Assembly (NCBI GenBank): GCA_002269645.1
Contig: NIVC01000391.1
Span: forward strand, 62,001 to 126,000
Direction: 5' to 3'
From: Macrostomum lignano
Taxonomy: Eukaryota
DNA: 64,000 nucleotides
A program made the translations under genes and the position numbers. The notes beneath the pieces are model-generated. The model did no database searches and was not told the DNA's origin. It saw only the letters and a program-made list of their open reading frames with translations. Positions within the stretch are counted from its first letter, which is position 1. The number at the start of each line of letters is the position of its first letter. Positions 38,601-51,642 of this stretch are shown one piece after another.

Positions 38601-41600
38601 CCGAATCTGATAACTGGAGTCCCGAATCTGACAGCTGGAGTCCCGAATCTGATAACTGGAGTCCCGAATCTGACAGTTGGAGTCCCGACAGTTGGAGTCC
38701 CGAATCTGACAGCTGGAGTCCCGAATCTGACAGCTGGAGTCCCGAATCTGACAGCTGGAGTCCCGAATCTGACAGCTGGAGTCCCGAATCTGACAGCTGG
38801 AGTCCCGAATCTGACAGCTGGAGTCCCGAATCTGACAGCTGGAGTCCCGAATCTGACAGCTGGAGTCCCGAATCTGACAGCTGGAGTCCCGAATCTGACA
38901 GCTGGAGTCCCGAATCTGACAGCTGGAGTCCCGAATCTGACAGCTGGAGTCCCGAATCTGACAGCTGGAGTCCCGACAGCTGGAGTCCCGAATCTGACAG
39001 TTGGAGTCCCGACAGTTGGAGTCCCGAATCTGACAGCTGGAGTCCCGACAGCTGGAGTCCCGAATCTGACAGTTGGAGTCCCGACAGTTGGAGTCCCGAA
39101 TCTGACAGTTGGAGTCCCGACAGTTGGAGTCCCGAATCTGACAGCTGGAGTCCCGAATCTGACAGCTGAAGTCCCGACAGCTGGAGTCCCGAATCTGACA
39201 GCTGGAGTCCCGAATCTGATAACTGGAGTCCCGAATCTGACAGTTGGAGTCCCGACAGTTGGAGTCCCGAATCTGACAGCTGGAGTCCCGAATCTGACAG
39301 CTGGAGTCCCGAATCTGACAGCTGGAGTCCCGAATCTGACAGCTGGAGTCCCGAATCTGACAGCTGGAGTCCCGAATCTGACAGCTGGAGTCCCGAATCT
39401 GACAGCTGGAGTCCCGAATCTGACAGCTGGAGTCCCGAATCTGACAGCTGGAGTCCCGAATCTGACAGCTGGAGTCCCGAATCTGCTCAGACGTCAGCCA
39501 AGTAAGTTCACTCAGTGCGGACATGAATAATTCATTGGGTTCGGTTAAGGGAGCTCGGAGTGCCCGATGGCCTCAAAACGGCCCAGTGCAAATTCTGATT
39601 GAAAGCGGGATCAATAAAACGAAAAACGAACAGAGGAGGATAGTCTTGTACTCTGATGATTTTTCTCGAAGAGCACAGGGAATTGAGCTCTGCTCAGCAT
39701 GAAATCTCAAATTCTATTTTAGCGAAGCAGAGCCCCTCAGCAGTGGCGTGGAACAGGTGATTGTTTGCCGGGATTCGCTGGCTCAGTTCCTTTTATTCCT
39801 TCATGAGCCCTGGTTGAGTGCGAGAGAAGAGCAAAAAAAGCAGACGGCAAAATGGCTCTGCCGAAAAGTCGACTGTTTGCACAGAGGGAATTCTTGATTC
39901 ACCATGAAATTCCCATCGGTTCTGCGCGGGGATATTGCAATATTCTACAATATATTCAACTCAAAAAGGCTGAAGATCAAAAGAGAGACCAGCATCATCT
40001 GCAGTGAAGACAGCGGAGCTTGCAAAATCAGATTGCTAATGCTACTCTCGTACTTGGTTGCAGAATCCAAAGTACACCCCGTCATCTTAAAATTATTCTC
40101 ATTGAGCTTTGCGTTCAGATTCGAACTTGTGAAGATTCGATATTGTGAAGACTAGATATTGTGAAGATTCGATATTGTGAATATTCGATATTGTGAAGAG
40201 TCGATATTGTGAATATTCGATATTGTGAATATTCGATATTGTCAAGATTCGATATTGTGAAGATTCGATATTGTGAAGACTAGATATTGTGAAGATTCGA
40301 TATTGTGAAGATTCGATATTGTGAATATTCGATATTGTGAAGACTCGATATTGTGAATATTCGATATTGTGAATATTCGATATTGTCAAGATTCGATATT
40401 GTGAAGATTCGATATTGTGAAGACTAGATATTGTGAAGATTCGATATTGTGAAGACTAGATATTGTGAAGATTCGATATTGTGAAGATTCGATATTGTGA
40501 AGACTAGATATTGTGAAGATTCGATATTGTGAAGACTAGATATTGTGCAGATTCGATATTGTGAAGGTTCGATATTATGCAGATTCGATATTGTGAAGAC
40601 TAGATAATCAGATTCGATATTGTGAAGGTTTGATATTGTGCAGACTAGATAATCAGATTCGATATTGTGAAGGTTTGATATTGTGAAGATTCGATATTGT
40701 GAAGACTAGATATTGTGAAGATTCGATATTGTGAAGATTCGATATTGTGAAGATTCGATATTGTGAAGACTAGATATTGTGAAGATTCGATATTGGGAAG
40801 ATTCGATATTGTGAAGACTAGATATTGTGAAAATTCAATATTGTGAAGACTAGATATTGTGAAGATTCGATATTGTGAAAATACGAACTAGTGAAGATTC
40901 GATATTGTGAAGACTAGATAATCAGATTCGATATTGTGAAGACTAGATATTGTGAAGATTCGATATTGTGAAGACTAGATATTGTGAAGATTCGATATTG
41001 TGAAGACTAGATATTGTGCAGATTCGATATTGTGAAGACTAGATAATCAGATTCGATATTGTGAAGGTTTGATATTGTGAAGATTCGATATTGTGAAGGT
41101 TTGATATTGTGAAGATTCGATATTGTGAAGACTAGATATTGTGAAGATTCGATATTGTGAAGATTCGATATTGTGAAGATTCGATATTGTGAAGACTAGA
41201 TATTGTGAAGATTCGATATTGTGAATACTAGATATTGTGCAGATTCGATATTGTGAAGATTCGATATTGTGAAGACTAGATATTGTGCAGATTCGATATT
41301 GTGAAGACTAGATATTGTGCAGATTCGATATTGTGAAGATTCGATATTGTGAAGATTCGATATTGTGAAGATTCGATATTGTGAAGACTAGATATTGTGC
41401 AGATTCGATATTGTGAAGATTCGATATTGTGAAGATTCGATTTTGTGAAGACTAGATATTGTGCAGATTCGATATTGTGAAGGTTCGATATTGTGAAGGT
41501 TCGATATTATGCAGATTCGATATTGTGAAGATTCGATATTGTGAAGACTAGATATTGTGAATATTCGATATTGTGAAGACTAGATATTGTGAATATTCGA

Positions 41601-44355
41601 TATTGTAAATATTCTATATTGTTCGATATTATTATGAATTTACAGACTGGAATCGACCCATGCGGGGCTCTTAGTAATGTTCTATAATTCACTAATACGT
41701 GATTCACTGTTAAAACTGAATCCTGAAAATTCTTTGAGCTGTAGTCCGACTGAGTCTGTATGAGTAAAGATATATTCGAGTTATTTATGAAACTTTTTGC
41801 TGGCTTAGAGCAAGGATTTTTGGCACACTGATGCTGATAAATCTTATTTATCAAATGCTTTCGGGAATGACACTGAAAGTCGATGCACTGCATACAAATG
41901 AGGACCTTTCGTAAGTCTCGAATTACGCATGCCTAAATTTGGGAAATTTCCGAAATAATAATCTCCGAAAGCTCCCAACGATTGTGAAGCTTTAGGATCG
42001 TGAAATTTGTAGATTGTAAAGTTTGGGGATCGTGAAGTTTGAGGTCATGAAGCTTGTAGTTTGTGAAGTTTGGGGACCGTGGAGTTTTTTTGGCGATCCT
42101 GAAGTTTGGAGATTTTGAAGTTTAAGGATCGTGAAGTTTCGGATTGTGAAGTTTGGGGATCGTGAAGTTTGGGGATCGTGAAGTTTGGAGATTGTGAAGT
42201 TTGGGGTCGTGAAGTTTGGGGTCGTGAAGTTTGGAGATTGTGAAGTTTGTAGATTGTGAAGTTTGGGGACCGTGAAGTTTGGGGATCGTGAAGTTTGGGG
42301 ATCGTGAAGTTTGGGGATCGTGAAGTTTGGAGATTGTGAAGTTTGGGGATCGTGAAGTTTGGGGTCGTGAAGTTCGTGAAGTTGGGGGTCGTGAAGTTTG
42401 AGGATTGTGAATTTTGTAGATTGTGAAGTTTGGGGATCGTGAAGTTTGGGGACCGTGAAGTTTGGGGATCGTGAAGTTTGGGGATTGTGAAGTTTGGGGA
42501 TCGTGGAGTTTGGGGATCGTGGAGTTTGGGGATCGTGGAGTTTGGGGATCGTGAAGTTTGGGGATCGTGAAGTTTGGAGATTGTGAAGTTTGGGGATCGT
42601 GAAGTTTGGGGTCGTGAAGTTCGTGAAGTTGGGGGTCGTGAAGTTTGGGGATCGTGAAGTTTGGGGATCGTGAAGTTTGGGGATCGTGAAGTTTGGAGAT
42701 TGTGAAGTTTGGGGATCGTGAAGTTTGGGGATCGTGAAGTTTGGGGATCGTGAAACGTGGGGGATTGTGAATATGAAATTTCTGGGATTTCAAAGTGGGG
42801 GAGCTGAGATAAATATCCTGTCTTTATGGCAAGCCGGCCCCAGAGAAGAACGTTGCATTCGAAATTGACTCAAATTGGCGCATTTGCAGCCTCTAGTTTC
42901 CACATCACATGTATCGCCGGCAGGTTGCACGCCAAATTCTAACTGATGAAACCAAGAGAGAAACATGCAGGTGACTCTCAACAAGCCTGGATGCTGGGGG
43001 CTCAGCTGCAGCCAGGTTTTCCGATGGCCTTCTTGTTAAAACAGGCAGCTGCGAAAGCGGCTCTTTGTCGCAAAGGGTTTGGGCGGCAGTAAAAATTGCA
43101 GAGATGCGCAATTATTTTTTATCTGAAAACTAATTGCACCGACTTTGCAGCTGCCTGATCTCGAAAATCTGGAGAGCAGAGAGAAGTGTTTATTATTGGT
43201 TGCTTTAGCGGGCGCATTGCGGATCAGTCTCACAGCTTTGCTAATTTTGGCGCCGGTTTCTTGATTTTGGCGCCTGCTTCTTGATTTTGGCGCCTGCTAT
43301 TTTAGTTTTGGCAACTTACGGGACTTTTGTGACCCTGTAGTTACAGTTTCGATGACTGCTATTTTTAATTTTTAGACTTTCGATCAAATATTGCCTTGAA
43401 GTGGACACATTTGCCTTGAAGTGGACACATTTGCCTTGAAGTGGACACATTTGCCTTGAAGTGAACACCCCAGTCTCGAAGTGGACACCCCAGTCTCGGA
43501 GTGCGGACACTCCTGCAGTCTCGAAGTGGACACCCCAGTCCCGTAGTGGACACCTTTGCCTCGAAGAGGACACGTCAGTCTCGAATTGGACACCCCAGTC
43601 TGAAGGTGGACACCCCAGTCTCGAAGTGAACACCCCAGTCTCGAAGTAAACACCCCAGTCTCGAAGTGGACAGCCCAGTCTAAAAGTTGACACCCCAGTC
43701 TCGAAGTGGACACCTTTGCCTCGAAGTGGACACCCCAGTCTCGTAGTGGCCACCTTTGCCTCGAAGTAGACACCCCAGTCTCGTAGTGGACACCTTTGCC
43801 TCGAAGTGGACACCCCAGTCTCGTAGTGGACACCTGTGCCTCGAAGTGGACACCCCAATCCCGTAGTGGACACCCCAATCCCGTAGTGGACACCTTTGCC
43901 TCGAAGTGGACACCCCAGTCTCGTAGTGGACACCTTTGCCTCGAAGTGGACACCCCAGTCTCGTAGTGGACACCTGTGCCTCGAAGTGGACACCCAAATC
44001 CCGTAGTGGACACCTTTGCCTCGAAGTGGACACGCCAGTCTCGAAATTTGACACCCCAGTCTGAAGGTGGACACCCCAGTCTCGAAGCGAACACCCCAGT
44101 CTCGAAGTGAACACCCCAGTCTCGAAGTGGACACCTTTGCCTCGAAGTGGACACCCCAGTCTCGAATTGGACACCCCAGTCTAAAAGTGGACACAAAATT
44201 CACAACTCAAGAATACTCGCATGTAAAGTTCAATTAGCAACAAAAAGCTCGCAATCTACCATTGTTGTTGTGCTGGTGAAAGCGCAGATTAGCATCAGAA
44301 CTTCAGTCCGCGAGCTTGTTCGCCGAAAAGCAGATGACGTCATGCTGGCGCTCAT
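30956..44355 (-). CDS. Class B1 (secretin-like) G protein-coupled receptor with two tandem hormone-binding (HRM) domains
   Basis: Exons 44355-44260, 38035-37649 (HRM1), 36069-35710 (HRM2), 34779-34685, 34329-34224, 34084-33925, 32704-32571, 32241-32147, 31675-31525 and 31273-30956 join in frame. 7tm_2 motifs: [56 protein letters not shown]. The C-terminus is uncertain (possible final exon from 29512, or read-through to 30761). Confidence 0.9.
32733..33800. repeat. Intronic minisatellite, 23-bp unit TGACTCATTTGAGATCTATCTTG
   Basis: About 45 copies between the TM3 and TM4 exons. Confidence 0.95.
34845..35700. repeat. (GACA)n microsatellite with CACTAA/CACCAA interruptions
   Basis: Fills the intron between the HRM2 and TM1 exons. 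Confidence 0.97.
36183..36890. mobile_element. Foldback MITE, 708 bp, about 280-bp TIRs built of subrepeats, 9-bp TSD (Mutator-like)
   Basis: GGG...CCC termini; arms of TTGCCCGC-type subrepeats in inverted orientation. TSD GTTCGAGAC at 36174-36182 and 36891-36899. Confidence 0.93.
36985..37590. repeat. Intronic minisatellite, 11-bp unit TGTGACACACC
   Basis: Homogeneous core with degenerate flanks, between the HRM1 and HRM2 exons. Confidence 0.95.
38059..39487. repeat. Intronic minisatellite, 21-bp unit GCTGGAGTCCCGAATCTGACA
   Basis: About 70 copies with 15-bp deletion variants; source of the VPNLTAG and QIRDSSC ORFs. Confidence 0.97.
40125..41625. repeat. Intronic minisatellite, 16-bp unit GATATTGTGAAGATTC
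   Basis: About 90 copies. Confidence 0.97.
41985..42775. repeat. Intronic minisatellite, 16-bp unit GTGAAGTTTGGGGATC
   Basis: About 48 copies. Confidence 0.95.
43392..44195. repeat. Intronic minisatellite, 20-bp unit GAAGTGGACACCCCAGTCTC
   Basis: About 40 copies, alternating with GGACACCTTTGCCTC variants. Confidence 0.95.
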
Positions 44356-44581
44356 AAATAGCTTGGTGCAAAATCTGTCAGAGCCGAAGAAACAGCGTTT
44401 ATCAAAGCCTTGCCGTCCCGGGCAGCCTGTCCAGCTGTTTTGTCCTCAAAGATTTGCTCTTCCGCCCAGACGCAACTGGCTGGTTAGCAGAGCCAATCCT
44501 AGGACGGCGTCATGGCCACACCATGGACTGCCGGCGGCACGGAACACCTGCGTAGACATTTGACACCCCAAACCCCAAACT

Positions 44582-45460
<879 letters not shown>

Positions 45461-45959
45461 ATTCTCAGCCGGAAAATCCAGATCTTTGTTCAAGCCTCGA
45501 GCTCCCTCCCTTGCCCGAGCTGCTCTGCAGGGTCGTAAACAGGCTGACCTTTGCATCCAGGGGGAGAGGGGAGCTCAGTGCGCGTCGGCCACAAACGAAT
45601 TGTGCAGAGCGGAAAAGTTTTTAATAAATATTTTCCTGCGAACAATGAGATTGGCCGGGTTTCAATTCAGCTTAATTTTAACTGGGCTACAGGCCACACA
45701 CGCAGTGCTACTGTCTGTACTTGTATATCTGCACGCCTCTATACAGCTGTTTCTGCTTGCTTATAATAGAGCTCGATTGTGTGTGTTTACCTGACGGAGT
45801 TGACGTAGATAAGAAAGGTTAACAACTTTAACACATCAAGTCTTCAATAATTGATTGATTTGTGCTGATACCACTTATTGGCGGTTTGTTTAATTCTCGT
45901 ACAGGATTAACAAGCAGGCAGTTGCAAGCTAGATGAAAGAGTTTATGATCGATTTCACC

Positions 45960-46160
45960 TGCCCCCATGGGGCCAGATGTGCAACCGACAGCTCAGCCCC
46001 AGCTAATGCTGGCACCCATTTTACAGCTGGGTGAACTGAAGCAATGCAGAGTTAAATGTCTTGTTCATGAGGACACAAATTGCTCGATCCAGTGGGATCG
46101 GGAATCGAACCCACGACCTTCAAGTCGTGATTCCGACGCTCTGACCACTAGGCTACACCC
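45960..46160 (-). mobile_element. tRNA-derived SINE with a CORE-like central domain
   Basis: Minus strand: A box TAGCCTAGTGG (46155-46145) and B box GGTTCGATTCC (46111-46101). These are followed by GTGTCCTCATGAACAAGACATTTAACTCTGCATTGCTTCAGTTCACCCAGCTGTAAAATGGG, which resembles the MIR/CORE-type domain. The 3' end is not defined. Confidence 0.8.
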
Positions 46161-46654
46161 CCGCCCCCCCCCCCGTGTAACAGTGAGAATACCACATGAA
46201 AGAGGCCACAAGCATTCTCACGCAGCAGTCTCAATATATAGCTACTCTCGACCGATGACGAACAGCAGTATTAGCATACTGTGAACATAATTCTGGAGAA
46301 TTTGCGTTATTAACTGCAAGAAGAGGCCCGCGACGCGAAGGAGTCTATTAGCACAGCAAGCCAAAGCCATGTCAGCTCTTGCTGATGAGCACATTTAATG
46401 AGTCTCGACAAAACACAAGTTCCTGGGTGCCTGAGGCGTTCAATATAAGGCCCTGGTATTCATTCACTCGTGTGTGTATTTAAATAATTGCTGTGCTGGC
46501 CGCATGCCCGCGCATAACAGTGACAGATAATAAACATACTCGTTGCCATTGCTCTGTCTATGCCAGGATTGCTTTTGCAGACTAAAGTAGGACAATTAAG
46601 TCAGTTATTGAAATCTGGAACGGTTTATTATATTATATTACTTGACTCGACGTG

Positions 46655-46955
46655 CTATGTCTATGGCAAACTGTCCCCAACCTCAAAGTGTGCAGGATTG
46701 CTTATGTCTATGGCAAACTGTCCCCAACCTCAGAGTGTGCAGGATTGCTTATGTCTATGGCAAACTGTCCCCAACCTCAGAGTGTGCAGTATTGGTTATT
46801 TTTATGTCTATGGCAAACTGTCCCCAACCTAGGAGTGTGCAGTATTGGTTATTTTTATGTCTATGGCAAACTGTCCCCAACCTCAGAGTGTGCAGGATTG
46901 GTTATTTCTATGTCTATAGCAAACTGTCCCCAACCTCAGAGTGTGCAGGATTGGT
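46655..46955. repeat. Minisatellite, about 46-55-bp unit ATGTCTATGGCAAACTGTCCCCAACCTCAGAGTGTGCAG...
   Basis: About 6 copies. Confidence 0.9.
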
Positions 46956-46967
46956 TATATCAAGGAA

Positions 46968-47560
46968 GGGTCGCCATCATAAGCTCGAAAAATCACATCG
47001 TCGAAAACAAGGCTCCATCACAAGCTCGAAAAGTCACAAGCTCGAAAAATCACATCGTCGAAAAGTTTAGCAACCACCATTACAAGCTCGAAAAATCATA
47101 TCGTCGAAAACTGATTTAGCAGCAACCATCACAAGCTCGAAAAGTCACAAGCTCGAAAAATCACATCGTCGAAAAGTTTAGCAACCACCATTACAAGCTC
47201 GAAAAATCATATCGTCGAAAACTGATTTAGCAGCCACCATCACAAGCTCGAAAAGACACAAGCTCTAACCCTAACCCTAAGGCACCAGTACCCTAGCCTA
47301 ACCCTGAACCCTAACCCTAAGGCACTAACCCTAACCCCAACCCTAAAACCTAACTTAAAGGCACAAGTTCTAACTCCAACCCTAAACTTAACCCTAAACC
47401 CTAACCCTAAGGCACAAGTTCTAACCCTAACCCTATTCGAGCTTATGATGGTGGTTGCTAAGCTTTTCGACGATATGATTTTTCGAGCTTATGACTTTTC
47501 GAGCTTGTGATGGTGGATGCTTTTCGACGATGTGATTTTTCGAGCTTGTGATGGGCCCCC
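46968..47560. mobile_element. MITE with subrepeat-built TIRs, 8-bp TSD and internal telomere-like repeats
   Basis: Inverted AAGCTCGAAAA..CACATCGTCGAAAA arms. TSD TCAAGGAA at 46960-46967 and 47561-47568. Degenerate (TAACCC)n at about 47264-47435. Confidence 0.85.
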
Positions 47561-50228
47561 TCAAGGAACACAAAATCTCCCACCAGCATAGGTCGCTGCC
47601 GTATCCAGACTAAACTGTTTATTGTGGCCTGTGTGAAAATCCCCAGTATACAAAGTTCTCTAAGTACTGTTTGGCCCCGAGCCTAATCTTGGAGTATTCC
47701 ATTGGTGAGGCGGGGTGAGAAGGACTTCCCGGACTCTGTCAAGCTCGCGGTTGCCACATATCTAATCTTCGCTAGTTGTTTGGTTTTGGCCTGATTTGAG
47801 CAATACTGTAAATAAACTTATTAGGAAGGCTATTTGGAAGCCTCGTCAAAGCCTGAGGTTGTAGAGACTCGTCAGGGCACCACAAGACACGGCCTGTAAA
47901 AGTATTTTAATTTTCTGTCGGCCTGCGGTCAATGCAATCCAGTACCCCAGCAGTGTTTCTTTAATCAGCTGTTGACTTAGAGATTGACAGAAAAAGGACA
48001 CAGTTGCACATGGATTGATTTAAGAATTAAAAAGTCGATTTAGAGTGAGCCGCATACGATTTGGTGAGCCATGCAGTTCGAGTAGTCCTTGAGTTCGAGG
48101 GCGGCAAATTTCTTGATCTCCGAATTCGCTGATTTCATCTTTTCAACAAAGACCACTGTAGTATAATTAATTAGCTTTTCAAATTGTCCCCGCTCGTCTC
48201 TCGCAGTCAGCTACTAGCTCTTAGCCATAAATGTAAGTATAGCTCCTTGCCTCATTCTTCGCTACCTTGGGGTGAGCATCTGTCAGGAGTGAGAGGCCAG
48301 AGAAAGTCTTTAGCTGATTCAGTTATAGATTTATGTTAACGAACAGGATCTTTTCCATGCAAAATAATTAATACGAGCTGCTAGAAATTAGTTCTTTCGT
48401 CCGAATAGTTCGAAAACTAGTCATTTGCAGAGTACCATGTAACATTCGATACGTTCAAGAGTATCAGACGAAAAGGTGGCAAATGGAACGGGATGACGCA
48501 ATCACCGTCAACCTTACATACCATGAAAAACGCAAGTACCAGTTTAATTCTTTCTTAACGAAACCTGGTGAATGACGGGTTATACACTTAATTCAAAATA
48601 AGAATATCGGAACTACAGTATAATAAAGACAGCTGCGAAAATCTAAAAAATAATAGTACATTGTAGACATATCCTTGAAGTTGCCATATTAAAATGCTTA
48701 TAATTATTATTTTAATTTAAAAAAGTAAAATACTTTTATCGATTTGATTGGTCAAATATGTGTTGTCCAATAAAGAAGTAACAACCGCAAAATATTTTTC
48801 GTAGAAACTTCAGAACCGAGGCAATTGGGTGGTGACCACTATTGGTGGCTGCTGCAATTGGTGGTCGACGCAATTGGTGGCATACGCAATTGGCTGGCCT
48901 TGACAAGATTAGACTCCCTAAGTTGTGATTGCATGAGCTTGAACACGTGCATTTTGTCTCTAAGTCTAGAGTTACTCTTTCTTTTTTTCTTGTCTTTCGT
49001 TCTGTTTTACAAATAATGCTAGTGATGGATATATTTATCTATACAATAAATTAACTAAGTCGGCCTCCTCGACTTCAGTTTATTAGTATCATTGCTAAAC
49101 TTAACTGATTACTGATGTAGCATTGTAAATATTTCCTACTAGGCCTAGGCTAATGTATTGGTGTGTAGTCATTGCTGCCAGTGGGCAGTGGCCAGGAATT
49201 TATTTCAGCCCAGGGGGCATTCAGCACCCAGAGGAGTGGGTATAGGGGGGGGGGGTTCTCCAGAATTTCAGGGGGAGGGGTAATTTTTTGTCTGGGATTT
49301 ATTTTGGTAAGCAGGGTTAGGCCCTAAATTTCAGGAGGCCCAGGCCCCCCCCCAGCCCCCTGGCTATGGCTATGCCATTATCTGCTGCCTTTTTGTCTAG
49401 GGGCCTACTGGCAGTCAAATGACTTTTTGTAGATGAGCTTATTTTTTATCATTAGATAGTGCAAAACAGCAAAATACATAAAAGTGAATATTAAAATATG
49501 ATTTTTATAGGCCTATTTCATGTAATATTTAAAGTGATTAAATATCTAATCTAATCAATAAGAAGAGAATTTTTATTTCAATCTTCTTCTAACAATATAT
49601 TTTAATGGATGATTGTGTTTCTTTAATTAGATAATTTTTTACTATTTATCTATGATTTAGTTTAGTTAGTCTAATACTACACTGGATCATATAGTATATA
49701 CCCAAAATTTTGGGTGTGCATTAGCCTTGCATGCCAAAATTAGGTGTGCAGAGTTGGCTTGTATCACTCTTGAGAAAATAGTATTTGTGCATACCTAGTG
49801 TGCACTTTATAGAATCAGACATAAGAGTTATTTTGAAGTAGAAAAAAATTAAAAAATAATTTTTAAGCATAAATTTCAAGCTCTCTAGATTTTTTAAGCT
49901 TATAAAAAGCATTTGCACAAATCTTTATATGAATTGATTTTCCATGATAGATAAAATCATTGAAAAAGCATAAAAATCAACCAAATTAGTTGTTAATAAG
50001 GGTTTATTATGCAATTTAAAAATATATATATTTATTGTCACAACATAAAAAAGGTCATTTATTGTTGCAACAATATTGTTGTATTTCTGAAAATGGGTGT
50101 GCACTAAATTTTTTTGGCATGCATTTGTACTTGTTCAATTTTTGTTTAGGCATGCACCCAGCATGATCTAGCCTATGGGTCTAATGGATGTTTGGCAGAT
50201 TGGCTATTAAAAATATTAGTATTTAAGC

Positions 50229-50489
50229 CATACATGCGCAACCCCCCTGATTTATACTGGCCATGCGACTTACTTTTTGACCAAAAATGCAACTTACCTG
50301 TGAAAAAACAAGCAAAATTAACATAAACGGCAGGAGTAACTATGACTGTCTTATCAGGTCTAAATTCCTTGGCATCTAATTAGCACTATGTCCATATTCT
50401 TTGGGGTGGCATTTTTGCGACTTACCCCTGGTCCACCACAATTTACGGTGGCCAAATCGGCCAGGTTGGCCAGCAGTTGCGTATGTATG
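50229..50489. mobile_element. 261-bp MITE (14-bp TIRs, 8-bp TSD; hAT- or P-like) carrying a 28S rDNA fragment
   Basis: TIR CATACATGCGCAAC / GTTGCGTATGTATG (13/14 match). TSD ATTTAAGC at 50221-50228 and 50490-50497. Confidence 0.85.
50324..50383 (+). pseudogene. Degenerate 28S rRNA fragment (helix 69-71 region)
   Basis: TAAACGGCAGGAGTAACTATGACTGTCTTATCAGGTCTAAATTCCTTGGCATCTAATTAG versus the recalled eukaryotic LSU consensus TAAACGGCGGGAGTAACTATGACTCTCTTAAGGTAGCCAAATGCCTCGTCATCTAATTAG: about 48/60 identical, ungapped. Confidence 0.85.
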
Positions 50490-51642
50490 ATTTAAGCACT
50501 AATTCTTAGATAGATATACACTCATATTTGATACTTATAATATTTGTTGTCAGTTTTTTATCTTATTCTAAATCTAAACTCATAAATAATGCTAAAGTAA
50601 ACTTTATTTATTATTTTGTAATAAACAATAATGACTTTTATATCTTTATAGTTAAGAGAATGCAGACAAACTGGCAGCAAATGAAATAATTATTGAAAAC
50701 ATAGTTATAAGCTAGGTTATTATTAACTATATAATTAATACTAAGTTACTATGTTATATTGTTATTAGATATGACTTATACTCATAGCCATTGGATAAAA
50801 AAGTTGCTCCAAAACTAATGGATATTTATATTTATAATTATAAAAAATATTTTTTCTTTGAAAAGCTATCTCTAATTCTAGTTGATATTAAACATTTAAT
50901 ATAAATAGATATAAAAGGCATAAAAACCTAGTTTAGACAATCTATAAAATATTTCTTAAAAATTTCTTTTTTATTATCCTAATATATCATTATCCATAAA
51001 TGATGAGACAAGACTAATTATAGAATATATTTGCTTTTTATTTTTAGGAATCGGCTTATTGCTATATTAACTATGTAAAAATTTTTAAACCCAATGTTAT
51101 ATGTTATAATGTTATAATAATTTTTTTTTATTGATGGTATATGCATGTCTACATATATAAGTTATGCTATATATATAACTTAGAATTAAACTAAATTGGC
51201 AAAGGTAATTAAAAAGGTAATTAACACCTTCAAACCCACTGGCTACTCTGCAGCCATCCACTAATGCCCGCAGCCATAGCTATCTACAGCCAAAACAAAT
51301 GGCACCTTGCCACTTATGAGAAACCCACTGTGGCTGCAGAGCAGCCATCAAAGAAACCGCACCTTTTTATATGAATAAGCTCATTAGTAAATCTATGGCT
51401 GCTTATAGGGAGACAGATGTTTATAGCTACTCTGCAGTCAGCAGGTTTTCTCAGAGTGAGTGCAGAAGCTTAAAAGGCAGAAGTGGTAACATTAATAGTA
51501 AGTTACAGAGTCTGTGAGTAAATAGTCGTTGAAACAATAGTTGATAAATAATTATCCCATTTGTTACAAACATATTCGGCCTGGGTAGTGAAACCATGTA
51601 TATAATATTAATTAATGCTATCCCTGCCAGCAGCCCAGTAAA

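Noticed and set aside
48058-48155. Exon-like 98-bp segment on the minus strand with good splice sites, encoding ...KDYSNC...
   Set aside because: No compatible neighbouring exon found, and it lacks the other HRM cysteines and tryptophans, so a third ectodomain is unsupported.
49180-50185. Degenerate G/C-rich MITE-like remnants (49180-49380; 49680-50185)
   Set aside because: The inverted termini are short and mismatched, with no TSD; too weak to call.
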